Assembly: GCA_947169105.1 (NCBI GenBank)
Contig: CAMVOL010000003.1
Span: 33,977-97,976, forward strand
DNA length: 64,000 nt
DNA from: an uncultured Bacteroidales bacterium
GTDB lineage: Bacteria; Bacteroidota; Bacteroidia; Bacteroidales; WCHB1-69
Direction of reading: 5' to 3'
Positions 36,911-46,161 of this stretch are shown here, in pieces (positions within the stretch are counted from its first letter, which is position 1; each line of letters starts with the position of its first letter). The notes under the pieces were generated by a model that saw only the letters and a program-made list of their open reading frames with translations, was not told the DNA's origin and did not search any database. The translations under genes were made by a program, and so were the position numbers.

Positions 36911-39900
36911 TTAGAATGCATTCAAGTCAGTCGGACGCATAGCGGCAAAGAACTTGAGAGTCCGTTCGCCGATGCCCGGTGCGTTTACATGAATAATATA
37001 AATACCACTGGAAACAGGGATGTTGGCAGAGTTCTTCAAATCCCAGTTCACATACGTGCTAGCATCACCTTTGGTCAGTCGTCTGACGAGGATGCCACCC
37101 ACCGTGTAAATGGAGATGGTCACTTGGTCAGCACCATCCTCATAGCTGGGCAAGTTCACGATCTTGACATAGGTCTCAAGAGCGCCACCTTCGTAAGTGG
37201 AATAACCGTAATACGGATTCGGGACGATGTTGATTTTGTCAAGAAGTTCCTTGGCTGCATCCGTGCCTATGGTTGCCATATTGGTCTGGGCGGCGATGTT
37301 CTTCGTGGTGAAGCTGTACATCGGATAGTTGTCGTTCTCGGTGACTTCTGGCCCCACGCCCATACCTGAAGAGTAACGCATATACGGACGAGAGACACGA
37401 ATCTTGATGGTGGCCTCATTCGACAGCCAATTCTTCTCCTGCATAAAGGCCGGCATCGGGATGCTGGTCCACATCACATTGTTGAACAATTGTGCTTTTC
37501 TATTCTTACGTTGTTGGTTATCATAATCTGTAGCATTCACAAAAGTATTAAACTTATTCATCAACCAAGCACCTTCGTCGTAAGGTCCACAATCATAATC
37601 TGACTGGAAATTACGAGTTTTTGTATTGTTTCTGTAGTAAACAGAACAAGTGTTCCCTGAACTTCCGACAATATAGATATAGTGACGACCGCCCCAACAA
37701 GGAGCTTCAAAATCTTCACCGTATCTGTCGGGGAATTGTTCAAATAAGCTATTATAAAAACTCTCAGGAATGACCGTATCTGCTTCCGTCAATCCGAAAA
37801 GAGTAGGATTGGCAAGTTTCGCATAAGTGCTTGTGGGATTGAATAGCATATCGTTACCATTATTTGCAGGATCAGAAGAGTTTTCTGCGAACATGATATT
37901 CAAACGTTCACCTGTTTCCACATTGATGGCATAACCTGGGAACCAGCCCATACCATAACCTGTGCCATCAGGATTACCGTTTTTGTCAACGGAGGCGTGC
38001 TTACGCGGTTCATACGGAAGGGCGTTACCTTCTGATTTCGTATAATCATCGCAAGATTCAAGGACAATGCAACGGGTCCACTTGTCTTTATCAGGAGTAA
38101 GGATAATGTCAACTGAGTAAAGATTCGTCAGTGTTTGGTTATAACCAGAAGGATGAGACCAAGCTGTTTTTGTCATATCCTGGAAACTCCAATAATAAGG
38201 TGTCGGAACCGCATCATCTTTATTACCCACTTTATGAGGTCCGATCCAGTCTGGGGAGATGAATTTAGCTTGCGGACCACCATAGTAAGGCGAACTCAGA
38301 ACATAGGGAGCCCATGTGCCGCCGACTACTTTTTCAAACTGTGAATTAGGATCCTTCCATGCGCGGGAAGTCCAATTAGTGTTCAATGTTCCGCTACGCA
38401 TTAGCTGGAAGAAGTCTTCCGTTTTCCACTTGGAGTACTCGTCTTCCACACCATCTTGTGTGCCAGAAGCGTCATCCCACGGACCTGCTTCCTGAACACC
38501 ACTGCGAATCCAGTTGCTGGGAATATTACCATCCATATCCGCCACACCACTCAACCATTGTTTTGTTTCGTCCGCATAACTGATTTCAGAACCAAGAAAA
38601 TCAACCTGTGCATAGGAAGAGATGTTTTTATAGGTGTTTCCACCATTATTCTTTACCCATTCTGCAAGATTGTCCTGATGGATTTGGAAAGGATAGTCCA
38701 GAATGGAAATAGACAAACCGTGATCAATAATCAGTTTGGTCTGCGGGTCTTCGTAATTGATCAGTTGTTCATTGACCATTGAAATAGCGACATCGGAAGA
38801 AATTTCCTCTTCAACAATGCCGTTCTCATCCAAAACTTGGAGAACCCACGTGGTTTGGGGTGTAACCATCGTATCCTCGGGCTCCACAAACTTGATAATA
38901 TAGTCTTTGGGCTGCACTTTCAGCGGGTTCACAACCTTGACATTGATAGGACCGTAGTTGTTCTTGTAAGTGATCTTGTCAACTCTATTGTTCCTCAGAA
39001 TCTGGTCACGTGTCTCGTCCGTAATATCAAGGAACAGACCACCATTGCCCTGACCTTCCACACGGGTGATCATCGGCTGTGTGCCATATTCGCAATTGAT
39101 AACGGTTCCACCGTTCTCCTGCTGTGCATCGTGCGGAATGCCCACGTAAGGCTTACCGGCATTTTCTTGATCACCAATATTGCGACGACCCGCGAGGAAA
39201 GTGGTCTTCTGCCCTTCCAGACCATGATCGGAATCCACCTCTGTAGAGTAGGTCAGGTAGTTATTATAACCATAGGCCAAAACAAGGAAGTAGTATTTCT
39301 TATGGTTAATCAGCTGGGTGGCGGTAGTGGCAAACGCGTCTTCCGTGACAACGAAAGAATGGCGGATACCCAAATCCTCTCCGTTCACTTTCAAAACCGG
39401 TGCGGAGGTTCCGATAGCGTCATCATATACCCAGTTCACCAACTGGCTGACACCGTTCTGAATGTCACACTGGGCAATCAGACGGATTTTGTCAAGGTCG
39501 CCGATATCAGTGGCACTCACGTACTCATTGGCACACTGGTAAATCATATAACCTTCAAATCTATACTTTCTGTCATATTCAACTTCTTCAAAAGAAGAAC
39601 TATCGCGAGCTTGAATGAGGAAGGTATCCACACCATTAATCTGGCAAGCCACTGTATCATATAAAGTATAAATAACTTCGTCCAGACGGGATTCGGAGAT
39701 GGAGGGGTCTTCTTCTTCGTAACCTTCGCGGTAGTTATTGCTATTTTCAGAATTGGAGAGATAGATAATCAGCTGGTTGTTCATCTCTTCGATGGTGACA
39801 TCCGGAGCATCGGGGCCATCCAGCACCTTGAAGCAGTTTTCGAAGAGGGACTGACACTTGTCGTCAGCCACTTTCAGAGCATCGACGGAAGCGGCGGCAC

Positions 39901-41659
39901 CACCACTGGTGGCACGTGCCCACGGAATACCGACGGTGATGTAGTTGACAGCACCGGCACGCAGGGTGAAAGGTCCGGCAGACTGCATGAAACGACGGTC
40001 AGCAGGGGCATTACCCACAGCTGTTTCTGTCCAACCGCTAGCAGAATTGTTGTATGTGGCAGGACTCGGAACCTCACCCAATGTACCCCAGTTACAGGGG
40101 TCAGAAAGTCCGGGGAACATAAAGTCACATTCAGGACCCGTAGCACCTGTGTTCGGATGGGCATTGCCGCCATATCTCATTTTTGAGTTATCCTTCCAAA
40201 TACCACGCAACATATTGTAGTACTCGAAAGCCACATCGGGGTCACCGACTACAGAGTTATCATTGTTGTGGTAAACGAAACGTCTCATACCGAAACGTTC
40301 GTTATCAACGATACCGTCACCGAAGTTTACGCCGTTGATAGCTTCAGCACGGACGAGAACCATGGAGTCTTCAATCATTGCGTGTGTTTCATCGTTATCC
40401 GGATCGGGATCCCAAGAGAAGGGTTTCATTAACCCGTCCCATCCAACAATGTCGCACTTATGATCCTCACCGTAACTTGCCTTCATGGAAGGACCAAATT
40501 CAGCGTTGCCTTCGAAAGAGGGGTTGTCATAACCATCGGGGTCAAGGTAGGGACCCTGGAAGAAGTCCACACCGACCGCGGGCGGCTGGGCACCGTAGTG
40601 CTGCACCAAACCCTGACCGTCAATGTTACGACCATTGTAGCAGTAACCCAAACCACGGGCGACGTCGCAACCCACATAGTCATCATCCGCATAACCCAAA
40701 TCGGGGTCAACCCACTGGGAGAAGTAGGTCTGTGTCAAGTCATACGTAGAACGGTTGATGATTTCGTAGCTGTAGAACGTCATATTGTTCAGCTCGTCGT
40801 TGGTAGAGAAACCGAATGCTTGTGCACGGATTTCCAAACCGATGGGATCGCCCTGTGATTCGGTGTGGGGACCGCCCTTATCGTTGAAAATCCAGTAAAG
40901 GGTCTGGTCACCTTTCAGAACGTGGTCTGCATAAACCATACCGGAGGAGATACCCATTCTCTCTTCGGGGGTTTTCGGGAGCTGTCCGGCAGCGGCGAGT
41001 GCACGGTTGGCGGAAGTCCACGGACAAAGATCATTATCAATATCATAGTACGGATAGTCACCGTTGGCGGGGTTGTACTCACCGTCTTCATCATAGTCGA
41101 AGAAGGGGGCGAGGTAGCGGGACTGACCGGCGGACATATCGTACGGATGAGCGGGCCAATCGCGGATGCTGTTCGGCATCGTATATTCTGAATTATCCCA
41201 GTTTGCGATATGGTTCTCTACTTCGGCACGGGTGATTTTGTAGAATTTGTCGTAGTCGGAGCAAGTCTGCTGGGTAACAGAAGCACCGTTCAACGTAAGA
41301 GGACCTGTCCAGAAGTCATCACCCCTCTGGCGGAAACGGACGGCAGCCAATTTCAACTGGTCGTTGATATCCTTACCACCAATCCACAGGGCAGCGGCAA
41401 ACATGGAAGTTTTACCTGAACCGTAAGGAACTTCGTATTGTGCAATCTCTTCAAACCACATCGTACCATTTGTCTCCAGATATGCACGCACGTTATTGAC
41501 AATCAACTCATTGGAGTTAGCTGCCGGCAAACATGTTGAGGCTGCACGAGTCTGAACTCTCGGAACAGCGGAACCACCCCGATACTTCTCGGCATGAAGG
41601 GAACCTGATGCCATTAACAGGGCGGCTACGAGAACTAAAATCTTGCTGATATTTTTCAT
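36911..41659 (-). CDS. Large secreted protein (1582 aa) with a T9SS-type C-terminal domain variant
   Basis: Signal peptide. C-terminus INIVPNPYY...ISIYTVGGILVR...WDLKN..IPVSSGIYIIHV. Acidic DxDxDG-like loop (DYDEDGEY). Confidence 0.88.
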   Translation of the reverse strand: MKNISKILVLVAALLMASGSLHAEKYRGGSAVPRVQTRAASTCLPAANSNELIVNNVRAYLETNGTMWFEEIAQYEVPYGSGKTSMFAAALWIGGKDINDQLKLAAVRFRQRGDDFWTGPLTLNGASVTQQTCSDYDKFYKITRAEVENHIANWDNSEYTMPNSIRDWPAHPYDMSAGQSRYLAPFFDYDEDGEYNPANGDYPYYDIDNDLCPWTSANRALAAAGQLPKTPEERMGISSGMVYADHVLKGDQTLYWIFNDKGGPHTESQGDPIGLEIRAQAFGFSTNDELNNMTFYSYEIINRSTYDLTQTYFSQWVDPDLGYADDDYVGCDVARGLGYCYNGRNIDGQGLVQHYGAQPPAVGVDFFQGPYLDPDGYDNPSFEGNAEFGPSMKASYGEDHKCDIVGWDGLMKPFSWDPDPDNDETHAMIEDSMVLVRAEAINGVNFGDGIVDNERFGMRRFVYHNNDNSVVGDPDVAFEYYNMLRGIWKDNSKMRYGGNAHPNTGATGPECDFMFPGLSDPCNWGTLGEVPSPATYNNSASGWTETAVGNAPADRRFMQSAGPFTLRAGAVNYITVGIPWARATSGGAAASVDALKVADDKCQSLFENCFKVLDGPDAPDVTIEEMNNQLIIYLSNSENSNNYREGYEEEDPSISESRLDEVIYTLYDTVACQINGVDTFLIQARDSSSFEEVEYDRKYRFEGYMIYQCANEYVSATDIGDLDKIRLIAQCDIQNGVSQLVNWVYDDAIGTSAPVLKVNGEDLGIRHSFVVTEDAFATTATQLINHKKYYFLVLAYGYNNYLTYSTEVDSDHGLEGQKTTFLAGRRNIGDQENAGKPYVGIPHDAQQENGGTVINCEYGTQPMITRVEGQGNGGLFLDITDETRDQILRNNRVDKITYKNNYGPINVKVVNPLKVQPKDYIIKFVEPEDTMVTPQTTWVLQVLDENGIVEEEISSDVAISMVNEQLINYEDPQTKLIIDHGLSISILDYPFQIHQDNLAEWVKNNGGNTYKNISSYAQVDFLGSEISYADETKQWLSGVADMDGNIPSNWIRSGVQEAGPWDDASGTQDGVEDEYSKWKTEDFFQLMRSGTLNTNWTSRAWKDPNSQFEKVVGGTWAPYVLSSPYYGGPQAKFISPDWIGPHKVGNKDDAVPTPYYWSFQDMTKTAWSHPSGYNQTLTNLYSVDIILTPDKDKWTRCIVLESCDDYTKSEGNALPYEPRKHASVDKNGNPDGTGYGMGWFPGYAINVETGERLNIMFAENSSDPANNGNDMLFNPTSTYAKLANPTLFGLTEADTVIPESFYNSLFEQFPDRYGEDFEAPCWGGRHYIYIVGSSGNTCSVYYRNNTKTRNFQSDYDCGPYDEGAWLMNKFNTFVNATDYDNQQRKNRKAQLFNNVMWTSIPMPAFMQEKNWLSNEATIKIRVSRPYMRYSSGMGVGPEVTENDNYPMYSFTTKNIAAQTNMATIGTDAAKELLDKINIVPNPYYGYSTYEGGALETYVKIVNLPSYEDGADQVTISIYTVGGILVRRLTKGDASTYVNWDLKNSANIPVSSGIYIIHVNAPGIGERTLKFFAAMRPTDLNAF

Positions 41660-41686
41660 ATTCTATAATTTTTTTGCTACGATTGA

Positions 41687-44600
41687 TTAAAAAGAGAAAC
41701 TGACACCTAACACAACGCGGGTCGGTCTTGTATAGTTATACGGATCCTGCATTCTCATCAGGTAGTAGTTGCTATATGAAGGGACACTGACTTGGGAGTT
41801 AATCTGCTGCTGGTATTCGGTAGCGGTCAGATAACCATCGTCATCGGCATTACCTGTATATTCATATACGTAAATGACATTCTTGAAGTTGAAGAGGTTG
41901 AGGATTTCCAGATAGACATCAAGGAAGCCTCTCTTGGTGGTTTCGCCCTTGTCATCCTTCTTGAGGCTGAGCATGAAGGATTTGTTGATACGGAGGTCGC
42001 ACTGGAAGATCCACGGCATGTTGGAACCGTTGATCGTACCGGAAAGCTGGCTCTTGGTACCGCTGACATAGATGGAGTAGGGCTTGCTGGAACGGCTGTA
42101 AGGCATACCCGAACCTGCAGAGAAGTTGAGGTTTACACCGAAGCCTTCCAAAACCTTGGTCTCTTTCACCTTGCCGTTTTTCTCTTTACGGACAGTGGGA
42201 CCGTTGTAGTCTCCACCCCAACCGAAACGGTAGTCAATGGTGGCGGCCAATTTGTGGCGCTGGTCGAAACTCAGGTTGGTGAGGGTACGCAGGTTCGGCT
42301 GGCCGGAGGCGATGATGGCCAGACCGGAAGTCGAGGAGGAACCTGTACCTTTTGCAAACTGCAATGTGTAGCTTGCGCGGAGGGTGATGTTCTTGGTACG
42401 CTGGAGGTCGTAGCTGACCGTGAAGCCCTGAACCGTACCGAAGTCAATGTTATCGTAAGAATAATAGGTGGTGGGGTATGCACCAGAGTAACGATAGGCC
42501 TGAATCTGGTCACGTTCTTCTCTGTAATATGCAGCCAAACTCAAAGCGGAGCTTTCACCGATGGCCTGACGGAAACCCAACTCATAGTCGATGGTCTTGG
42601 AGGGTTTCAGGCGCGGGTTGTTGATGACGTTGTTGGCGTTGGAACCGTACTTGTCAATCCACAGGTAGCTGATCGGGTCCAGACGGAGGTTCGTCGGACG
42701 GGAGGTGATGATGTTGTAGTGGGCATAGAACAAAGACTTGTTGCTCACAGGGAAGGAGAAGGAGAGACGCGGCATCACAGACCATTGCGGTTTGTAGTCC
42801 TCGAAAGCGTCGTAGTCAACTTTGGAAACGTATGTGGCGGGGAGGGCCTTTTTCAGGATTGGGCCGCCAGTGGCACCCAGAACGGTTGTCGGGTCTGTCA
42901 CTTCAGCACCATCGGCATTGTACCAAGTGTTGCCCTTACGGAAAGCAACGATGCTGGTGTTATCGGGATCCAGTGTTCCATCAAGCTGGTTCACATAAAC
43001 CACCCAGTCATCTTCCGCGTTACCAGGAATGTACTTGGAGTCAAAACTTCCGCGGATTTCACCTACTCTGTAAGCATCTCTGAAGAGGTAGGGGTCTTTC
43101 AAGACTGACTGGTTTGCGTCGAAGCGGTCGATACGGACACCCACGTTGAACAACAAGCTCTGGATGGAGAACTTATCCTGAATATACATAGCCATATAAA
43201 TTGGCTCGTATGCACCTACCTTGTAAGTCTTCTCACCATTGACCTCTTCCGTGAAGAACTGCTCAATGTTGGTTTTGGTTCTGGTTTTCTTGGAACCGGT
43301 GTAATCATAACCATAATAAGATATATAGGTATTACCACCGTTGAAAAGCTCTTCGGCTGAGAACATGCTCAGGTCGAAAGTATTAGGATCGAGGTTATCC
43401 AAGTCAATCCAGTCGGTACCTGTGGGGTTAAGACCGAGGGCGGTACGGAGGTTACGGTCGAAATTGGTCTGCTTGTCCGCATCATAGTACATATCAAACA
43501 GCACGGAATCGGTTCCGGGAACGAGGTAGGGATTGTTCAGATCCAACTCGCTGATGTGGCTGTTGACACTGCTGCGCATCAGCGTCCAGAGACCGACAGG
43601 AGCAACAGAGAAAGCACGGGAGGTACGTTTTTCAAATTGGTAGCCGAGTTTGATGTCATGGTTTTTCACAGAGAGGGACAAACTGGCGTTGGCACCGATC
43701 TGGGATTCCTCGGAACGGGAGTAGCTGTTGTAAACGGTGCCAGGAGCGGAGAATAAGCTATAGACGGAGTTCGGAGAATCACCGTTAAGCAGTGCTCCGA
43801 AAGTCTGGTACAACGTAAGGTTATAAGGAATGACTCCGAAATAGTCGTAAATCGTGCTCGGAGAGAATTGTTCCGTGAAATTGGTCACATAATAGATGAG
43901 GTCGGGGTTGGAGATAAGGGATTCGTCGTTGCTTCCCCACGGGGTGGCGCTAAACTCCACGATGGAGTCATAAATGTTCGTGAGGATGTTCATATCATAA
44001 TAAGTGATTCCGTCAATTGTGATGCTGTCTCTCCGGAAATAATTAGCTTTGGTCGTTTTGAAATAACCGATATGGCCGTAGTTGAACAGGTTCTTTTTAT
44101 GACGGCTGTCTTGAGCGAGGGAAGACCAGTGGGTGTAGTTCACATTGATGTTGTACATAATGTTGTCGAACACGGAGCTGGTGTCCAATTTGATTCTGTG
44201 TTGGAACTTGGCATTGAGACGCCATGTGTTATAAGTGACTGTGGCATTGTTTTGGGCATTGAATAGTGCGGAACTGATTCCCCAGTTCAAAGCCTTGGTA
44301 TATTCGTACATACCGCCAATGGACAGGTCGATATTCTTGTGGGGGCCAAGGAGGAAGTCCAATTTCGCCTGACCAAGATAGTTCTGGGTGCCGGCGTGGT
44401 CTCTCACACGTTTTTTATAGAAATTCTCTGAAGTGAGGTATTCAGCGTTGGCATAGTTGGCACCAATTTCCATGAGGTTATACCGGAGGGGGTTCTTGAT
44501 AAGGTAGTCGATGGTCTCATCTTTCGCACGCCATGTGCCACCCTGAGCAGGGGAACCGTCCTTCGTGTAGGAGGCGTCGCCAGTGATCATGAAACCGATA

Positions 44601-45400
44601 CGGGCGGGGTCTGTGGACTTCTTACCTTTCAAGATGGGGCCAGTGAGGGAGAACTCGCCAAGGAAGTCGTTATAACCTTCGATGGAACCACGGACTTCAG
44701 CGGAACCGTGGAGGGCTTTGGAGATACCCTTGGTGGTGATGACCATAAAGCTGGTACCGTCACCATACTCGGCGGGGATACCACCCTGAATCAACTCGGC
44801 CTGTTCGACGGAAGCCATGGAGATACCGCCGGTGCCGCGAACGACCATACCGTCAATCATCGTCTTCTGTCCGTCGGAACGGGCACCACGGACACTGGTG
44901 AGGCTACCATCAACGGAGGTAACACCCTCAGAGCTGGCCAAGGCGCCAGTAATGGAACGACCCGGGGTCTGTTTGATGGCCTCGGCATCGAGCGTGGTGG
45001 CTGTCTTTGTATTATCCGCACGGAAGACCGGCTCTTTCCATGTTACTGTCACCTCGTCCAAAGCTTGGGAGGAACAGTTGATCTTATGGTTCACAAACAA
45101 GTCCTGGCCGTTGCCCAGCTTAATGCCGGTTTCCGTCTCCGCTTTACCGCAGGAGGTGATCATCTGGGCATCGAAAGTGATGTCATACGTACCCGCAGGA
45201 ACACCATGGAACTGGTAATTACCATCCCCGTCGGTCATCGCGAGGTTTACGACGCTACCATCTTTTTTCAGGAGGACGTTGGCGAACTCAATCGCTCCTC
45301 CGCCCTGGTCAGTGACCTTACCTTTAATCGTACCCTGAGAGAACGCAAGACTGCTGCAGAAGAGAACGATTCCAAGCGTCAAGAGTAACTTTTTAATCAT
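41687..45400 (-). CDS. TonB-dependent receptor with an N-terminal carboxypeptidase-regulatory-like domain (Oar-like architecture)
   Basis: Signal peptide, GTIKGKVTD...TDGDGNY domain, LDEVTVT box, plug motifs SVRGAR..IDG and GGIPAEYGD, barrel motifs PRLSFSFP and NPRLKPSKTIDYELG, terminal F. Confidence 0.92.
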   Translation of the reverse strand: MIKKLLLTLGIVLFCSSLAFSQGTIKGKVTDQGGGAIEFANVLLKKDGSVVNLAMTDGDGNYQFHGVPAGTYDITFDAQMITSCGKAETETGIKLGNGQDLFVNHKINCSSQALDEVTVTWKEPVFRADNTKTATTLDAEAIKQTPGRSITGALASSEGVTSVDGSLTSVRGARSDGQKTMIDGMVVRGTGGISMASVEQAELIQGGIPAEYGDGTSFMVITTKGISKALHGSAEVRGSIEGYNDFLGEFSLTGPILKGKKSTDPARIGFMITGDASYTKDGSPAQGGTWRAKDETIDYLIKNPLRYNLMEIGANYANAEYLTSENFYKKRVRDHAGTQNYLGQAKLDFLLGPHKNIDLSIGGMYEYTKALNWGISSALFNAQNNATVTYNTWRLNAKFQHRIKLDTSSVFDNIMYNINVNYTHWSSLAQDSRHKKNLFNYGHIGYFKTTKANYFRRDSITIDGITYYDMNILTNIYDSIVEFSATPWGSNDESLISNPDLIYYVTNFTEQFSPSTIYDYFGVIPYNLTLYQTFGALLNGDSPNSVYSLFSAPGTVYNSYSRSEESQIGANASLSLSVKNHDIKLGYQFEKRTSRAFSVAPVGLWTLMRSSVNSHISELDLNNPYLVPGTDSVLFDMYYDADKQTNFDRNLRTALGLNPTGTDWIDLDNLDPNTFDLSMFSAEELFNGGNTYISYYGYDYTGSKKTRTKTNIEQFFTEEVNGEKTYKVGAYEPIYMAMYIQDKFSIQSLLFNVGVRIDRFDANQSVLKDPYLFRDAYRVGEIRGSFDSKYIPGNAEDDWVVYVNQLDGTLDPDNTSIVAFRKGNTWYNADGAEVTDPTTVLGATGGPILKKALPATYVSKVDYDAFEDYKPQWSVMPRLSFSFPVSNKSLFYAHYNIITSRPTNLRLDPISYLWIDKYGSNANNVINNPRLKPSKTIDYELGFRQAIGESSALSLAAYYREERDQIQAYRYSGAYPTTYYSYDNIDFGTVQGFTVSYDLQRTKNITLRASYTLQFAKGTGSSSTSGLAIIASGQPNLRTLTNLSFDQRHKLAATIDYRFGWGGDYNGPTVRKEKNGKVKETKVLEGFGVNLNFSAGSGMPYSRSSKPYSIYVSGTKSQLSGTINGSNMPWIFQCDLRINKSFMLSLKKDDKGETTKRGFLDVYLEILNLFNFKNVIYVYEYTGNADDDGYLTATEYQQQINSQVSVPSYSNYYLMRMQDPYNYTRPTRVVLGVSFSF

Positions 45401-45453
45401 AACTAAGATTTTATATTAAACATTAATTTACTATCCTACAATATACTTCACAA

Positions 45454-45502
45454 TTTAGGGCGCAAATTTACAAAAAATTCTTTTGTAGATTTACGCCCTA
45501 AA
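45454..45502 (-). terminator. Long inverted repeat that overlaps the -7 box (TAAATTTG, 45463-45470) of the TBDR operon
   Basis: TTTAGGGCGCAAATTTACAAAA-AATTC-TTTTGTAGATTTACGCCCTAAA: 22-nt arms with 2 mismatches. Confidence 0.65.
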
Positions 45503-45530
45503 ATGGTTTTTTTTTAATATTTATAACACC

Positions 45531-45959
45531 TTAATTATAAGGTCGTTTTAATATTTCTGAATAAATAACCCCTTTATATATGTCCTCCATATCCAATGAA
45601 ATTGGAGACAATTTTTCATTCTCACTATCAGTGTTTTGAACAATTTTTTCAACAGATTTTTCGGAAGACATATCCGCCACAACTTCATCGCTTTTAATTT
45701 CAGGTTCAAAAGTCTCGTAAGTGAAATAGGGCTGATTTTTCGGAATTTCTTCGTAAGATGACGACACTTCCTCTTCTTTGTAACCGGATTCCTCCTCCAC
45801 CATTTCCTCCCAGACAGGTTCAGTCACCACCGTAGGTTGCGGGAAAGGACTGTTTGTCGGTTTGCGCTGCGAATGTTGCTGCGCCTTTTTCTGCGACTTT
45901 CTATAGGCACGAAGCAGCACAAATGCAATAATGCCAATTGTAATTAGAGTATCCACCAT
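45531..45959 (-). CDS. Hypothetical protein with an N-terminal TM helix and an acidic low-complexity body
   Basis: 142 aa ending in GVIYSEILKRPY. -7 box TACTTTTG at 46049-46056. Confidence 0.8.
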   Translation of the reverse strand: MVDTLITIGIIAFVLLRAYRKSQKKAQQHSQRKPTNSPFPQPTVVTEPVWEEMVEEESGYKEEEVSSSYEEIPKNQPYFTYETFEPEIKSDEVVADMSSEKSVEKIVQNTDSENEKLSPISLDMEDIYKGVIYSEILKRPYN

Positions 45960-46006
45960 ATTAATATATATACTATTATAAAATTAATGGAGTTGTTTTA
46001 TCCCAT

Positions 46007-46036
46007 TGTAGAGATGCGATTCATCGCGTCTCTACA
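46007..46036. repeat. GTAG-type REP palindrome
   Basis: TGTAGAGATGCGAT-TC-ATCGCGTCTCTACA. Confidence 0.85.
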
Positions 46037-46133
46037 TCAATATGCCCGCAAAAGTACGATAAAATCGTATTATTTTGTAAAAAATAGGTCGATTTTTGTA
46101 AAAAAAATGGTGCGGAATCTCATAAAAATCGCG

Positions 46134-46141
46134 TACCTTTG
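46134..46141 (+). promoter_or_regulatory. -7 promoter box (TACCTTTG) for mutS
   Basis: CGTACCTTTGCG, 20 nt before the ATG. Confidence 0.75.
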
Positions 46142-46161
46142 CGCCTCAAAATCGTGAAAGT

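Noticed and set aside
26108-45388. + strand ORFs opposite glnA, porV, the cargo gene and the TBDR (e.g. 26108..27181, 41792..43108)
   Set aside because: They are antisense shadows of well-supported genes.
41687-45400. TBDR as SusC of a polysaccharide utilisation locus
   Set aside because: There is no SusD or CAZyme neighbour and the SusC-specific plug motifs are absent.
45454-45502. Inverted repeat as an invertible (phase-variable) promoter
   Set aside because: The arms are only 5 nt apart and contain the promoter rather than flank it. No recombinase is nearby.
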